Origin: an uncultured virus (IMG/VR IMGVR_UViG_3300026430_000073)
Taxonomy: Duplodnaviria; Heunggongvirae; Uroviricota; Caudoviricetes
DNA: 64,000 bases
Virus record (IMG/VR): IMGVR_UViG_3300026430_000073
Coordinates: 1 to 64,000 of that record
Direction: 5' to 3' (one strand)
The position numbers were made by a program, and so were the translations under genes. The notes under the pieces were generated by a model. The model did not search any database and was not told the DNA's origin. It saw only the letters and a list, made by a program, of their open reading frames with translations. Shown piece after piece: positions 34,354-44,434 of this stretch (the first letter of the stretch is position 1; each line of letters starts with the position of its first letter).

Positions 34354-35051
34354 TTGCAGAACTGTTTGATACGCCAGACAAGCTGCCGCGCCTGATGGTG
34401 CAATACAGCGATGGTAATATCGAGCGTCGCGACGCGATGTTGCGTTTCCAGTTCAATAATGCTGGACCGCTGGCTTACGATTCAATCGATAGGCTGGTGT
34501 TCGATTTCTCTACCGAATTCGCCGATGCTCGCCGTCGTGGCGAACGCCGTCAGATCGTCACGATTACTTCGCTGGTGGTCGAGCCGTTGAAAGACCCGCT
34601 GGTCTGGGTTCTCCCAAACGGTCTGGGCGGTAAAGCGCTGGACTATGCGGTGGCCGTAGCGCTGAATTGGACCGAGCCGTATTACGGCCGGGGTACGATT
34701 CGTCTACATGAGGATCGCGAAGGTGAACCTCCGTTCATCTCCTACGATGCGCCGGACCCGGATGAGGAAGAACTTGAGTTCAACCACACCTACGGCTTCA
34801 ATCCATCCCGCAGTGTGAACATGGCGGCACACATCGCCATCAATAACAACATCAACACGCAGTTCCGCACTCGCCGGGATCCGGAAGGCCAGTACACGCG
34901 GGCTTGGATCGACGATGAAACTCGCTTTGCTGAAAACTGCCAATCGTATTCGGTGGCCGTATGTAGAGCGTTGGTAGCGTACAGGTTCCCTAACGGGATG
35001 GCGATCCCACTTTCGTTCATCCGTGCTGACGAAGCCCCGGCCGAGAAGTAA
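34350..35051 (+). CDS. Phage protein with NinX/ABA-sandwich-like C-terminal domain
   Basis: ALDYAVAVA...FNPS...AVCRALVA pattern. Confidence 0.55.
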   Translation: MIAELFDTPDKLPRLMVQYSDGNIERRDAMLRFQFNNAGPLAYDSIDRLVFDFSTEFADARRRGERRQIVTITSLVVEPLKDPLVWVLPNGLGGKALDYAVAVALNWTEPYYGRGTIRLHEDREGEPPFISYDAPDPDEEELEFNHTYGFNPSRSVNMAAHIAINNNINTQFRTRRDPEGQYTRAWIDDETRFAENCQSYSVAVCRALVAYRFPNGMAIPLSFIRADEAPAEK

Positions 35052-35093
35052 TTGATGCGGGGCTCTTGCCCCGCTTCTTTTTTTTTGCCTATC

Positions 35094-35117
35094 TAAGAAT
35101 TAGATAGTCACACATTT
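35094..35117 (+). promoter_or_regulatory. Putative phage early promoter
   Basis: TAAG...TCACACATTT after terminator. Confidence 0.6.
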
Positions 35118-35158
35118 TGGAAGTGAATAACCAAACCAACCACTAGGATCAGGACTAC

Positions 35159-35530
35159 ATGAAAGTTGCAATCTTTTCGGCATTGATGCTGACCGCTGTT
35201 ATCGCTAACGCCATGCCGCACTATGACGATAGCCTTCCGGAATTCGAATACCACAGAGTCACCACTGAGGATTGTAAGATGGTGGCTGACATCAGTAAGG
35301 GCGCAGTAGCTGCTCGTGCTGAGAACGCAGGTATGGACTCGGTGCTGCTGGGTTTGATGAAGCCCGAACATCTGCAAGATGACGGCTACCGCGCAATGGT
35401 ACCGATGGCTATCGCCAACGTGACCAAGATCTTCAACTCGCCAGCGGCTGCCAAAGCCGAAGTGGTGGGTGAAAGTGACTACGCGGACTGCGTGCTCTAC
35501 ATCGGCTTCGATATGCCGTACCAGAAGTAG
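35159..35530 (+). CDS. Secreted protein (Sec signal peptide)
   Basis: MKVAIFSALMLTAVIANA signal. Confidence 0.7.
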   Translation: MKVAIFSALMLTAVIANAMPHYDDSLPEFEYHRVTTEDCKMVADISKGAVAARAENAGMDSVLLGLMKPEHLQDDGYRAMVPMAIANVTKIFNSPAAAKAEVVGESDYADCVLYIGFDMPYQK

Positions 35531-35587
35531 TCGTGTTTCTTTACTGGGCATTTACTTGGTATGGGCAACCCAATCAGGAGATTCATC

Positions 35588-35827
35588 ATGCCAGCTTGTA
35601 AGTATACTCCCGGGCAGATTCTCAAACACTACAAAGGACAGGAGTACGTGATCGTTACTACTCCTGAACTGCATCATGTCCGACTCGAACAAACCGGTGA
35701 ATGGGCCTATGGCTACGCCAAGCCTGGTCTGCCGGTCGATGACGAGAACCCACTCTGGCAACGCGGCCAGGCGGAGATCGAGGACGAAACTCGCTTCGCT
35801 CCCGTCCCTAAAGAAGGAATCAGCTGA
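35588..35827 (+). CDS. DUF1653-like protein
   Basis: PG....HYKG..Y.I...E.TGE....Y...W.R; AGGAG RBS before ATG 35588. Confidence 0.65.
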   Translation: MPACKYTPGQILKHYKGQEYVIVTTPELHHVRLEQTGEWAYGYAKPGLPVDDENPLWQRGQAEIEDETRFAPVPKEGIS

Positions 35828-36099
35828 TGAGCATCGTCGTCTGGTACTTTGTCCTCGGCGGTGACGATAAGCCTCGTGAACCGTCTATCGACTGCGAGCC
35901 CGTCTTGAAGAAAGTGCCAACGACGAGCACCAGCATCGCTGACATCAAGCAATACAACTATTGTCGTGACATCGAGATAGCCAACAGGGAGTTCCATGAA
36001 CGCGCCTGGCTGTACTTGATCGTCATCGCAATAATCATCGGTTTCATCACCCTAGTCGTACGTGACGTACGACACCCCAAACGGAGAAAGTCCCCATGA
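35827..36099 (+). CDS. Membrane protein
   Basis: C-terminal TM helix. Confidence 0.6.
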   Translation: MSIVVWYFVLGGDDKPREPSIDCEPVLKKVPTTSTSIADIKQYNYCRDIEIANREFHERAWLYLIVIAIIIGFITLVVRDVRHPKRRKSP

Positions 36100-36455
36100 G
36101 CAACGCCGAAACCAAAGTCTATTCCGTCGACTGCCTGCTGGCTCTGGCTACCGCTGTTACTCACGATATCGTGGACAACGGCAAGAAGGTCATCACCAAG
36201 GTGATCATCGGCGGTCAAACCAGCCAGTGCGAGGGCGACGTCATCACTACCGGCCAGACCATCAGTTCCCTGATGGACAACAACCTGGACATCGCTCTCA
36301 ACGCTGCTGTCGAAGCGATCGAGAACGGTGCCGACGTGTTCGTCAATGGCAGCAAGATCGTCATCGCTACTGAAGAAGAGCAACACGCCTTCAAGCAGGA
36401 GCGTGATGACGCTCAGATCGCTCGCATCGCACGCGGCGAAGAAACCCTGTCGTGA
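36096..36455 (+). CDS. Hypothetical protein
   Basis: Codon bias, overlap coupling. Confidence 0.7.
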   Translation: MSNAETKVYSVDCLLALATAVTHDIVDNGKKVITKVIIGGQTSQCEGDVITTGQTISSLMDNNLDIALNAAVEAIENGADVFVNGSKIVIATEEEQHAFKQERDDAQIARIARGEETLS

Positions 36456-36706
36456 GTAAAGGTGACGAGGCATTCAAGCAATGCCTCGAAGCCGCATGCT
36501 GTATCCCGTACAGCCCTAAGTACGTAACGTCGATCCAACGACCTGCGTGGGACGGTTGTGTTGATAAGCATCATCCGAAGTTTGACACCAGCGAGGCTAT
36601 GGCTGCAATCCTCCTGTCGTTCTTCCTGATGATGCTTGTCGGGTATGGGGTGATCTTGGCAAGTCGTAGTCATTTCAGGAGAAACACCCGTGACAGTAAT
36701 CGCTAG
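36452..36706 (+). CDS. Small membrane protein
   Basis: Cys-containing N-terminus, TM helix. Confidence 0.55.
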   Translation: MSKGDEAFKQCLEAACCIPYSPKYVTSIQRPAWDGCVDKHHPKFDTSEAMAAILLSFFLMMLVGYGVILASRSHFRRNTRDSNR

Positions 36707-37298
36707 CACGGATCGCTTCCAGAAGAAACGCGAAGTCGACACAGCCGGTAAAACGCAGCTCGACTATGCGGTCGCTTTTGAAGAAGCAGTTGAGTTGTTC
36801 CCGGATAATCCGCTTTGGTCGATCGCCGGCAAGATTCAGCGCGAGTTTGCTGATGGGAAGTATCGTGAGCAGCATGCGATCTATACCGCAATAATCTCCC
36901 GTGATTCGGATACTACCGGCAAGTTGGAGAACGTCGGCGAAAGCGTAGCTGTTCTGTGGCGTACTAAAGTTCGTCCAGAGCACGATTGCTTCATGGCGCT
37001 TCAAGCCACCCGTCAGAATCGTCCAGATGACGTCGAAGCCATGCCGGATTACAGCATGCTGGAAGAGCTGCTGGCCGATCTGCTCGAAGACTACGGACGG
37101 CTCAATCCGGCCGTGGCGATGTTCATCGAGAGCAGTGTCAGACTGTTCATCGAGAACGAACTCGATGTTGTCTACGTCGACGTCGAAGAGGGCGGGGGCA
37201 TGTTCGACATCCAGGGGTACGTCAAAGGGCGAGACTTGCTCATCGACGTGCAGTTCGATATCAACGCACTGGTGGAGGATTGCGATGTCTCGTCGTGA
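36690..37298 (+). CDS. Acidic hypothetical protein
   Basis: AGGAG RBS, GTG start. Confidence 0.7.
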   Translation: MTVIASTDRFQKKREVDTAGKTQLDYAVAFEEAVELFPDNPLWSIAGKIQREFADGKYREQHAIYTAIISRDSDTTGKLENVGESVAVLWRTKVRPEHDCFMALQATRQNRPDDVEAMPDYSMLEELLADLLEDYGRLNPAVAMFIESSVRLFIENELDVVYVDVEEGGGMFDIQGYVKGRDLLIDVQFDINALVEDCDVSS

Positions 37299-37422
37299 TC
37301 ACGTCTACTGCTGCGAATGTAAACGCCAGCCGTGCCAATGCGTTTTGCAAGGCTGGCTTTTCACCGCTGGCCTAGTCATCGTCTGCTTGGCGGTGTACGG
37401 CGCTTACAAGCTTTTCAATTAA
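37285..37422 (+). CDS. Small Cys-rich membrane peptide
   Basis: GGAGG RBS; MSRRDHVYCCECKRQPCQC + TM helix. Confidence 0.6.
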   Translation: MSRRDHVYCCECKRQPCQCVLQGWLFTAGLVIVCLAVYGAYKLFN

Positions 37423-37452
37423 CCCACCCGCAGTACCACTCGAGAGTAAAAC

Positions 37453-38343
37453 ATGAAGAAGATGCTCGTCGCCGCACTGGCCATGATGGCCATGTCGTTC
37501 AACGCCCTCGCTATCGAAGGCAAAACCCTCAACTTCTGCGGCGGTGCAGAAGGCGGCTTCTACGAGTCGTTTGCCAAGCAGATCGCCAATGATGTCGCCA
37601 AAGCAGCCAAGGTCCAGGTTGAGGTGCTGTCGACTGAAGGCTCGGTGTCCTCGGCCCAGATGCTGAAGGACGGCGACTGCGATGTCGCCATTCTGCAAGC
37701 TGACGCCGTGATCTCCCGTCCCCTGCCGTCTGACATCGCCGTCAGCGACGCCCACAAGGAAGCCATCTACTGGCTGTTCGGTAAGGGTGGCGTGAGCGAC
37801 TTCGGTGACATGTCCGACAAGGAACACAAGAACAAAGGCATCGCCGTTGTTGAAGGTTCCGGTGCTGAAGTGACCCTGCGTAACTTCGGTAACGTCGACA
37901 AGGACTTCAAAGACCTGAACATCATCGTCTTCGACGACTGGTTCTCGGCTGCGAAGGCTGCTGCTGACGGCAAGGTGCGTCGTGCCAAGAACGACATCCC
38001 AATCGCTGGCATGGTCTACATTGGTCGCCCTGGCAACATCAGCTCTGAAATCACTGGCGAGTTCAAAGAAGACCTGACCATCGGCGAGATCGATGTCTCG
38101 AGCTTCAAGGGCGTGAAAGACGCCATCGGTGGTCAGCTGTACTCCACCTGTGAACTGACCGACAAGCAGACCAACGGCCTGAAGACCTCCACCCGTCTGA
38201 AGCCCGATACCTACTGCGTCAATGCTCAGATCGTCTACAACAACGAGCTGTTCGACGGTCTGGACAAGAAAGATGTTCGCCTCCTGCGCAAGTCGCTGGA
38301 TAAGGCCATCGTGCAAAACGTGCGTCAACAGCGCGTTCAGTAA
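37453..38343 (+). CDS. TAXI-type periplasmic solute-binding protein
   Basis: Signal peptide; GG.EGG.Y, TEGSV..A.ML..G..D.AILQAD, GSG motifs. Confidence 0.75.
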   Translation: MKKMLVAALAMMAMSFNALAIEGKTLNFCGGAEGGFYESFAKQIANDVAKAAKVQVEVLSTEGSVSSAQMLKDGDCDVAILQADAVISRPLPSDIAVSDAHKEAIYWLFGKGGVSDFGDMSDKEHKNKGIAVVEGSGAEVTLRNFGNVDKDFKDLNIIVFDDWFSAAKAAADGKVRRAKNDIPIAGMVYIGRPGNISSEITGEFKEDLTIGEIDVSSFKGVKDAIGGQLYSTCELTDKQTNGLKTSTRLKPDTYCVNAQIVYNNELFDGLDKKDVRLLRKSLDKAIVQNVRQQRVQ

Positions 38344-38345
38344 CA

Positions 38346-38386
38346 CGGCATAAAGCGGGGGAGAAATCCCCCGCCTTTTATTTTTT
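38346..38386 (+). terminator. Intrinsic terminator
   Basis: GCGGGGGA-GAAA-TCCCCCGC + T tract. Confidence 0.8.
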
Positions 38387-38420
38387 GTAAGCAGCACTTT
38401 TTCTTAAAGAAGGAACTCGC

Positions 38421-38714
38421 ATGAAAACTCTCATCGTATCCGTTAACACTAAGGGCGTTAACTTCGTAGCTGGCTTCTTCGACGTATTCCCTGTCGCGGT
38501 TACGTCCCTGTCGCCAGAGGCGCTGACCAAACGTCCGCAGCATCTGAGCATCGTAGTCACCCCTAAGGTCGGCGAAACCGCTGCCGAGTGGGCTGCCCGC
38601 GTAAAGGCCGATGACCGCTACGGTCCTCTGGTCAAAGACTATCTCGAACTCGGCCGCGTACATCTCGCGTTCAGCGATGACGGCAAACCACCATTCTCCC
38701 ACCTCGACGTATAA
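38421..38714 (+). CDS. Hypothetical protein
   Basis: AAGGA RBS. Confidence 0.7.
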   Translation: MKTLIVSVNTKGVNFVAGFFDVFPVAVTSLSPEALTKRPQHLSIVVTPKVGETAAEWAARVKADDRYGPLVKDYLELGRVHLAFSDDGKPPFSHLDV

Positions 38715-38724
38715 GGAAACAATC

Positions 38725-39144
38725 ATGAGCAACTACGAAAAGAAACTTGGCGACATCAACATTACCGTGTTCACTGACTCCTTCAATCCGAAGGGTAAGT
38801 GCATCTACACCAAAGGCGCTGACGACGTCACCATCATCTTCAACTTCAGCACTGACAAGCCGGTCAGTCCAAAGGTGCTGAAGAAGCTCTGGAACGAAGA
38901 CAAGGAAACACGCGCTATCTTCGGTGTTCTGGAGAACGTGGTCGAGAGCACGCCTTACTGCCACCCAATGCCGAAAGAAGTCCAATTCGGCAGCTGGAAC
39001 TTCCAGGTCTATTCGACTCGTCGAGAAGGTAAGCGTCTTCAGAAAATCAACGAAGTGTTGGGCGGCCTTGCCTTCGCACCAAAGAACCCGACCGAAGACG
39101 AAACTCTCCCTAACCGCATCATCAAGTTGGGTGAGTCTGCATGA
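38725..39144 (+). CDS. Hypothetical protein
   Basis: AAGGA RBS before ATG 38725. Confidence 0.7.
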   Translation: MSNYEKKLGDINITVFTDSFNPKGKCIYTKGADDVTIIFNFSTDKPVSPKVLKKLWNEDKETRAIFGVLENVVESTPYCHPMPKEVQFGSWNFQVYSTRREGKRLQKINEVLGGLAFAPKNPTEDETLPNRIIKLGESA

Positions 39145-39662
39145 TCGCCATTGATCTGATCCGTACGAAAGACGGTGAGACCTACAAGTCGAAGAAGACC
39201 GATCAGCCTTGGGGTGCGTTGAGTCAGTTGCTCGAATGCGATATCGGCTGGAATAGCGAAATCCTCGAACTCACCGAAACCCGGCTGGTCAATCGCGTCA
39301 AGGTATTGGGCTGCATCGACGACACCGTTTACACCGGTACTGAAGAAGAAATGAAGTACCTGGTCAAGGCGGCTGGCTATGCGGCGTTACTGCAAGCCAA
39401 GCAGCTACAGCCGGAATATCGAGACGCGCTGGTAAGTAAAGTACAGCATCTCTCTGGCGGTAATGCTCGCGTCATCGACATGGGCCTGCCGATGTTCCTC
39501 GGTAGCGGCGTCAAGCGTGGCGCCATCATCGGCATCATCTGCGAAGGTCACGAAGGCGACATCGAGAAAGTCAAGCAACTCGATTACTCGCGTCTCATCA
39601 CGCTCCTTGAATGGAAGGTGGAAGGCGCTGATCACGAAACACTAATGTCTACTATCGCATAA
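39141..39662 (+). CDS. Hypothetical protein
   Basis: ATGA overlap. Confidence 0.7.
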   Translation: MIAIDLIRTKDGETYKSKKTDQPWGALSQLLECDIGWNSEILELTETRLVNRVKVLGCIDDTVYTGTEEEMKYLVKAAGYAALLQAKQLQPEYRDALVSKVQHLSGGNARVIDMGLPMFLGSGVKRGAIIGIICEGHEGDIEKVKQLDYSRLITLLEWKVEGADHETLMSTIA

Positions 39663-39674
39663 AGGAATTTGCAC

Positions 39675-39806
39675 ATGAACAATCTGGTTCGTCGACTGTT
39701 TCTCACTCTCTGCCTGGTAGCTGGCCTGTACGGTATCTCCGAATTAGGCAAACAGGAACCGCTCGGCGACCGGATTGCTGAGCAGATCATCAAGCGTACG
39801 AATTAA
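39675..39806 (+). CDS. Small membrane peptide (43 aa)
   Basis: AAGGA RBS; MNNLVRRLFLTLCLVAGLYG... Confidence 0.55.
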   Translation: MNNLVRRLFLTLCLVAGLYGISELGKQEPLGDRIAEQIIKRTN

Positions 39807-39810
39807 GGGG

Positions 39811-40302
39811 ATGATGATGGCTGAACAACAAATGGAGTTGGAGTTGGATTGGCAAACAGCTCTATCAGTGCTGAAGCATCACATCAGCGCAACCCAGTTA
39901 CGAATGGACCGTCTCGAGAAGGCGTTCCGAGAAGCTCCTGAAGTGACCAGACCTAAAGCCCGCCGACAGTTCAGCGGTAATGTTGACGCTGCCGTTGCCA
40001 TGAACTTCGGGATCAAGCTGACCGTCGTCGAAGTTAATGGCGGTCCTTGGCATTACGTGTTACGTGATTTCAATGACCAAGTCCTCGCCTTAGGCAATGC
40101 TTACATGATCGTAGGACGACAGTCCGATGGATATTGCGAAAGTGTGACCATCGCTATGCTGCGTCGAGCCGATTATAAAATCGTCGTGACCATCCACCTT
40201 GAGACATCCAGGTGTTTCGCTGCATTGTTTTACAAAGGCGGCAAAATGCTTGAAACCGAATTGAAGGAGGTGCGTGATGCGCCGGGAAGTATTGACCGCT
40301 AA
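39811..40302 (+). CDS. Hypothetical protein
   Basis: ORF; exact start among three tandem ATGs uncertain. Confidence 0.65.
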   Translation: MMMAEQQMELELDWQTALSVLKHHISATQLRMDRLEKAFREAPEVTRPKARRQFSGNVDAAVAMNFGIKLTVVEVNGGPWHYVLRDFNDQVLALGNAYMIVGRQSDGYCESVTIAMLRRADYKIVVTIHLETSRCFAALFYKGGKMLETELKEVRDAPGSIDR

Positions 40303-41002
40303 GAACCTCTCCAGAAACCTTAAGGAACATGAGGAGGCGTTCAAGTCCCGCAATGGGTACGAGGTAGAACCTCCGCCCGAAGTAGATGGTGACGTAAGCG
40401 GTATCATCGCTCAGATCGTCTTACTGGAAAAGGTCTCTGAGAGGGTTATCAACGAGGCTGCTCGAAAGATCCGCGATCTGTCTGAACGCAAGATCAAATA
40501 CATGAGAGCATCATTGATGATCTATCAGGCGATGGGTTATAAGGACAGGCAGGAAGCTGCTGCCTTCAACTCAGATCCTGATTTCATCGCCAATCGTAAC
40601 TTCGGCCGTAAAGACCCAGGTGTTCTGGCTGATGAAATCACAGCCGAACGTTTGAAGCGACTTGCGCGGGCGAAGGAGCTACTGACGCCATTCTTCGATG
40701 AAGTAAAGTCGTGGGATAACTTTGGCTGGTTCGGTGCATTTGCTTCTGTTCCTGATTCTAAAGCTCGGTTCCTCGCTGCGGCCATTCAATACGTTGCAGA
40801 GCGTCTACCCGATGCCGAGCATGAATACAGACTCGGCATCGTCTGTGCTCTGTCGTGGCGGTTCCGACCGATGCGTCCAGAACGTCGCAAATGCGCGCGA
40901 GTTTTCTGGATCGGCACTGGCGCAGATGTCTACCAAGTGGCTCAGGAACTAGGTGACGTATACTGGCCGAAAACCAAAGGTGAAACTCCACCTGAGCAAT
41001 AA
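40277..41002 (+). CDS. Hypothetical protein
   Basis: AAGGAGGT RBS. Confidence 0.7.
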   Translation: MRREVLTAKNLSRNLKEHEEAFKSRNGYEVEPPPEVDGDVSGIIAQIVLLEKVSERVINEAARKIRDLSERKIKYMRASLMIYQAMGYKDRQEAAAFNSDPDFIANRNFGRKDPGVLADEITAERLKRLARAKELLTPFFDEVKSWDNFGWFGAFASVPDSKARFLAAAIQYVAERLPDAEHEYRLGIVCALSWRFRPMRPERRKCARVFWIGTGADVYQVAQELGDVYWPKTKGETPPEQ

Positions 41003-41059
41003 ACGATTTGTATCCCTGCCTGGGTAACCGGGCAGGTTTTTTATTTTGTCGAGGTGGTT

Positions 41060-41557
41060 ATGAATGCAGCAAAGATTCAGGAACTGATCAAAGCCCTCAC
41101 CTCTAGCGGAAGTTGTCGAATCATCCTGACAGGTCCGGGCGCTGAGGGTCGTCGCTACATCGCGAACACTATCCTCGATGAGTTGGCGCTCGAAAGTAAG
41201 TCAGTCCAAGACATCGTGATCGTAGTCGAGGAAGAGAAGCACCTCGACGCCATGGTGAACATGCAGCAGATCCTAGCTCTGCATCGCGGGCGGAAGTATC
41301 CTGGCCTGATCGCTCCACCTGACGTCGACGACATGATAGATGCGCTGGACGGGCTGACCAGGGATCCGATGGAAGGCTTCAAGCAACTCATCGATTCCAT
41401 CAACCCGGACTCGAAGCAATTCGTACTCGGCATTCCCAGTAAACGGAATTCTGGTCGTACATTGTTGACTGGAGAAACCGGTAGCGAGCGTAAAGCTCAT
41501 GCCAAGAAGGGTTCTGCTAAAGCCCACGATCCGCGCGTTAGACGTCGCGGCTATTAA
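41060..41557 (+). CDS. Hypothetical protein
   Basis: GAGGT RBS; basic tail. Confidence 0.65.
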   Translation: MNAAKIQELIKALTSSGSCRIILTGPGAEGRRYIANTILDELALESKSVQDIVIVVEEEKHLDAMVNMQQILALHRGRKYPGLIAPPDVDDMIDALDGLTRDPMEGFKQLIDSINPDSKQFVLGIPSKRNSGRTLLTGETGSERKAHAKKGSAKAHDPRVRRRGY

Positions 41558-41583
41558 TTGACATTCCACATTAGGAGAGTTAC

Positions 41584-42153
41584 ATGATCGATCGATTGCA
41601 CCACGAGCAAAAGAATACTGACTTCGTTGACGTACGCGTCGCTGAAGGCGTAGCGATGACTCCAGGCACCATCCCTGAGTTCACCGGCGATGGTTACGTG
41701 CAGAGCAACCTTGCCCACGGCTGGCATGCGCTGTTCCGTGATCCGTCCAACAAAGACTTCCCGGTCATGGACCACCTGTACCTGGTGAACCAACACACCG
41801 GCCAGCAGCTGATCCTGCGCCTTGGTCTGGCTAAGCCTACCCGCCGCATGCTGGTGCCTATCGAGTCTGAGTTCGATACCGTAGAGCAGCAGCTCAACGC
41901 GATTCTCCACAGCTGTGATACCGGGGGGTTCCAGCTTTACTGGAGAGCGCGTGACGTCGAGTTCAAGGACAGTAAGTCTCTCGGCGATGAACTCCTGTAC
42001 ACCAACATCGGCGGTGTCATGGTCCATATTGCAGCTCTGGCAGACCCGCGCCTGAGCTACTACTGGGCTCGCGATCTGCCAAACCACGACTTCCCCGGAC
42101 AGGAAGCTGTGATTGAACGCCTGAAGGCCATCAAAGACCTGATCGGCAATTGA
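41584..42153 (+). CDS. Hypothetical protein
   Basis: AGGAG RBS. Confidence 0.7.
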   Translation: MIDRLHHEQKNTDFVDVRVAEGVAMTPGTIPEFTGDGYVQSNLAHGWHALFRDPSNKDFPVMDHLYLVNQHTGQQLILRLGLAKPTRRMLVPIESEFDTVEQQLNAILHSCDTGGFQLYWRARDVEFKDSKSLGDELLYTNIGGVMVHIAALADPRLSYYWARDLPNHDFPGQEAVIERLKAIKDLIGN

Positions 42154-42212
42154 TGTAAAAAGATAAGCAGCAAGACCATTAGATGTAAATCCCGCAAACA
42201 AGGACTGTAATA

Positions 42213-43874
42213 ATGACTCAAGAAGTAGTTGGTAACTCCGTAGCCGAGGTTCTGTCGGCCTCCGGTGCTGATTTCCACAAGGCCCAAGCTCTGGCGATCC
42301 AGACCTTCAAGGAAAACTTCGCAAGCTTCGGCCCGCATCTGTACTCCACCCGCGGCAAAGGTCTGTCGACTGTCTACCGTCAGGCCTTCCCGGAAGAGCT
42401 CCAGAAGCACAACAAGTGCACCAGCTGCCGTCTGTTCTTCGAACGCTTCGGCCACCTGGTCTTCATCACTCCGGAAGGCCGTACCGTTCCGGCATTCTGG
42501 GACTCCAACGCCGTGCCTGAAGAATACCGCGCCTCGACCAAGGCTGTGGAAACCTTCGTACGTCGTCAGGGCGTTGCCGGTTACTTCTGGACCGAGCACG
42601 CCAGCTGGGGCGAAGAACTGACCGACGGTCAGCAGAACGGCGAAGCGGTGAAGTGGTCGCACTACTTCCTGCCGAAAGATCTGGTGCGTCAGGTGTGTTC
42701 CGAAAGCAACGTTGCCGAGAACATCGGCCGTTACGCTGAGAACTTCACCCTGCTGGAAAACGCGATCAAGAACTACCCGCTGAAAGCTATCGCTGCCGCG
42801 GTCGTGATCTCCGAATCCTGCGGTCAGATCGCTCTCAAGCACACCGAACTGTTGAAGTGGTTCCACGGCGTGGTCAAGGCGAAAGACGACCTGGGTCTGA
42901 AGGACACCCTGCTGCGCAACTACATCTGGCGTGCAGTGGCTGAAGGCATGGCCATCAACCCAACCTTCCCGCGCGTCGGCACCAACGTCGTGGCTTCCAT
43001 GCTCCTGGATCCGATCGTCAACGGTCGCTCCACCGAGATGGCCAAGCGTGCGTTCATCAAGCAGATCGATCCGGTCAACTACCGTCAGCAGACCGCTGCT
43101 CCTTCCGAAGGTAACGTCGAGCGTGCTCGTCAGATCTTCGAAGAGCTGGGCCTGGGCGAAGAAGACCTGCTGCGCCGCCTGGCGAAGATCGACGAAGTGG
43201 CCAATCGTTTCACCTGGTCGCCAAACCCGATCGAAGTCAAGCAGCCTGAGAAGAAGCTGTTCGGCAGCCTGACCACCAAGCAGGAAGAAGCCAAGCCGCA
43301 GATCAAGGAACACATCGCTCCGGCGGTGACCATGACCTGGGAGAAGTTCTGCGAGAAGGTTCTGCCTAACGCTCGCACCATGCAGGCTCGTCCCGCCATC
43401 GTCCAAGGTAACTTCTTCTGCGTTACCGCGCCGGTGAAGGAAGACTCTGGTCGTATCTTCTTCTACGACCACGAGGACAACCGCAACCCGTTCTGCTGGT
43501 ACACCAGCTCCGAAATGGTCGACATGCGTCAGTACAACATGGCTCCTAACGTGTTCCATGACGTGGCTGGCGTCCTGCCGATCCCTGGTACCTGGACTGG
43601 CGGTGAGGCTGCTGCGAAGTACGCCGGTGACATCATCGTGCTGGAAGGCCTGAAAGAACGCAACCCCCGCAAGCTCTGCCTCTTCAACGAACTGCTGCGT
43701 CGCGAGTTCAAGGAAGTGGAGCGTGTGATCAGCGCGTTCTCTGACGGCGGTTCGCTGGAACTTGACGTAGAGCGTCCGGCCATCGGCCTGCGCCCTGCAC
43801 AAGGCGCACCGTTCATCATCCGTGTCGAGACTGAATTCGGTAAAGCCGATTACATCATCGACCGTCCAGAGTGA
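42213..43874 (+). CDS. Large phage protein with N-terminal H..C..C motif
   Basis: HNKCTSCRLFFERFG; strong codon bias suggesting high expression. Confidence 0.75.
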   Translation: MTQEVVGNSVAEVLSASGADFHKAQALAIQTFKENFASFGPHLYSTRGKGLSTVYRQAFPEELQKHNKCTSCRLFFERFGHLVFITPEGRTVPAFWDSNAVPEEYRASTKAVETFVRRQGVAGYFWTEHASWGEELTDGQQNGEAVKWSHYFLPKDLVRQVCSESNVAENIGRYAENFTLLENAIKNYPLKAIAAAVVISESCGQIALKHTELLKWFHGVVKAKDDLGLKDTLLRNYIWRAVAEGMAINPTFPRVGTNVVASMLLDPIVNGRSTEMAKRAFIKQIDPVNYRQQTAAPSEGNVERARQIFEELGLGEEDLLRRLAKIDEVANRFTWSPNPIEVKQPEKKLFGSLTTKQEEAKPQIKEHIAPAVTMTWEKFCEKVLPNARTMQARPAIVQGNFFCVTAPVKEDSGRIFFYDHEDNRNPFCWYTSSEMVDMRQYNMAPNVFHDVAGVLPIPGTWTGGEAAAKYAGDIIVLEGLKERNPRKLCLFNELLRREFKEVERVISAFSDGGSLELDVERPAIGLRPAQGAPFIIRVETEFGKADYIIDRPE

Positions 43875-43929
43875 TGCCTGAGCCGGGTGGGAAACCACCC
43901 GGCCTTTATTCCGCAAACAGGAGATTACC

Positions 43930-44430
43930 GTGAAGCTCTTCGGACTCATCGAAATCAACTGGGCAAAGAAAGAACCGCCCCTAGATAAAGATACAACCGT
44001 GGCCGATGTCTTCCAAGCGTTACAGGCCATGGGCCGTATCGCAGCACCTGAACCGGGTCAGCATCGGCGGGTAAGGACAATCGGCCGTGCGCGCATTACC
44101 GACCAGATTGTCTTCCCGGAACCGAACGACCATAATGACGTTTGGGAAGTCCAGCGCCTGACTAACTTGGTTCAAAACGTCGATAAGATGTTTACCAGGG
44201 GATGGATAGATATCTGTGAATTAGACAAAGCGGTCACCGAGTTCAAACTGTGTCAGCCGCCTAGGGCGAAAGCTGCTTATGAGAAGCTCCGCCTGCTCCA
44301 CTGCGTCAGTTTCAATAAATACCTGCCGGGTATCTTTGAGCAAGTACCTGACTTGATGACCTGCGTCTTCAGCGAAGGACGTCTACCAGCCCAACCGGTA
44401 AGCGATAGCTTACGAATCACCCAGGAGTGA
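43930..44430 (+). CDS. Hypothetical protein
   Basis: GGGAG RBS, GTG start. Confidence 0.7.
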   Translation: MKLFGLIEINWAKKEPPLDKDTTVADVFQALQAMGRIAAPEPGQHRRVRTIGRARITDQIVFPEPNDHNDVWEVQRLTNLVQNVDKMFTRGWIDICELDKAVTEFKLCQPPRAKAAYEKLRLLHCVSFNKYLPGIFEQVPDLMTCVFSEGRLPAQPVSDSLRITQE

Positions 44431-44434
44431 CACG

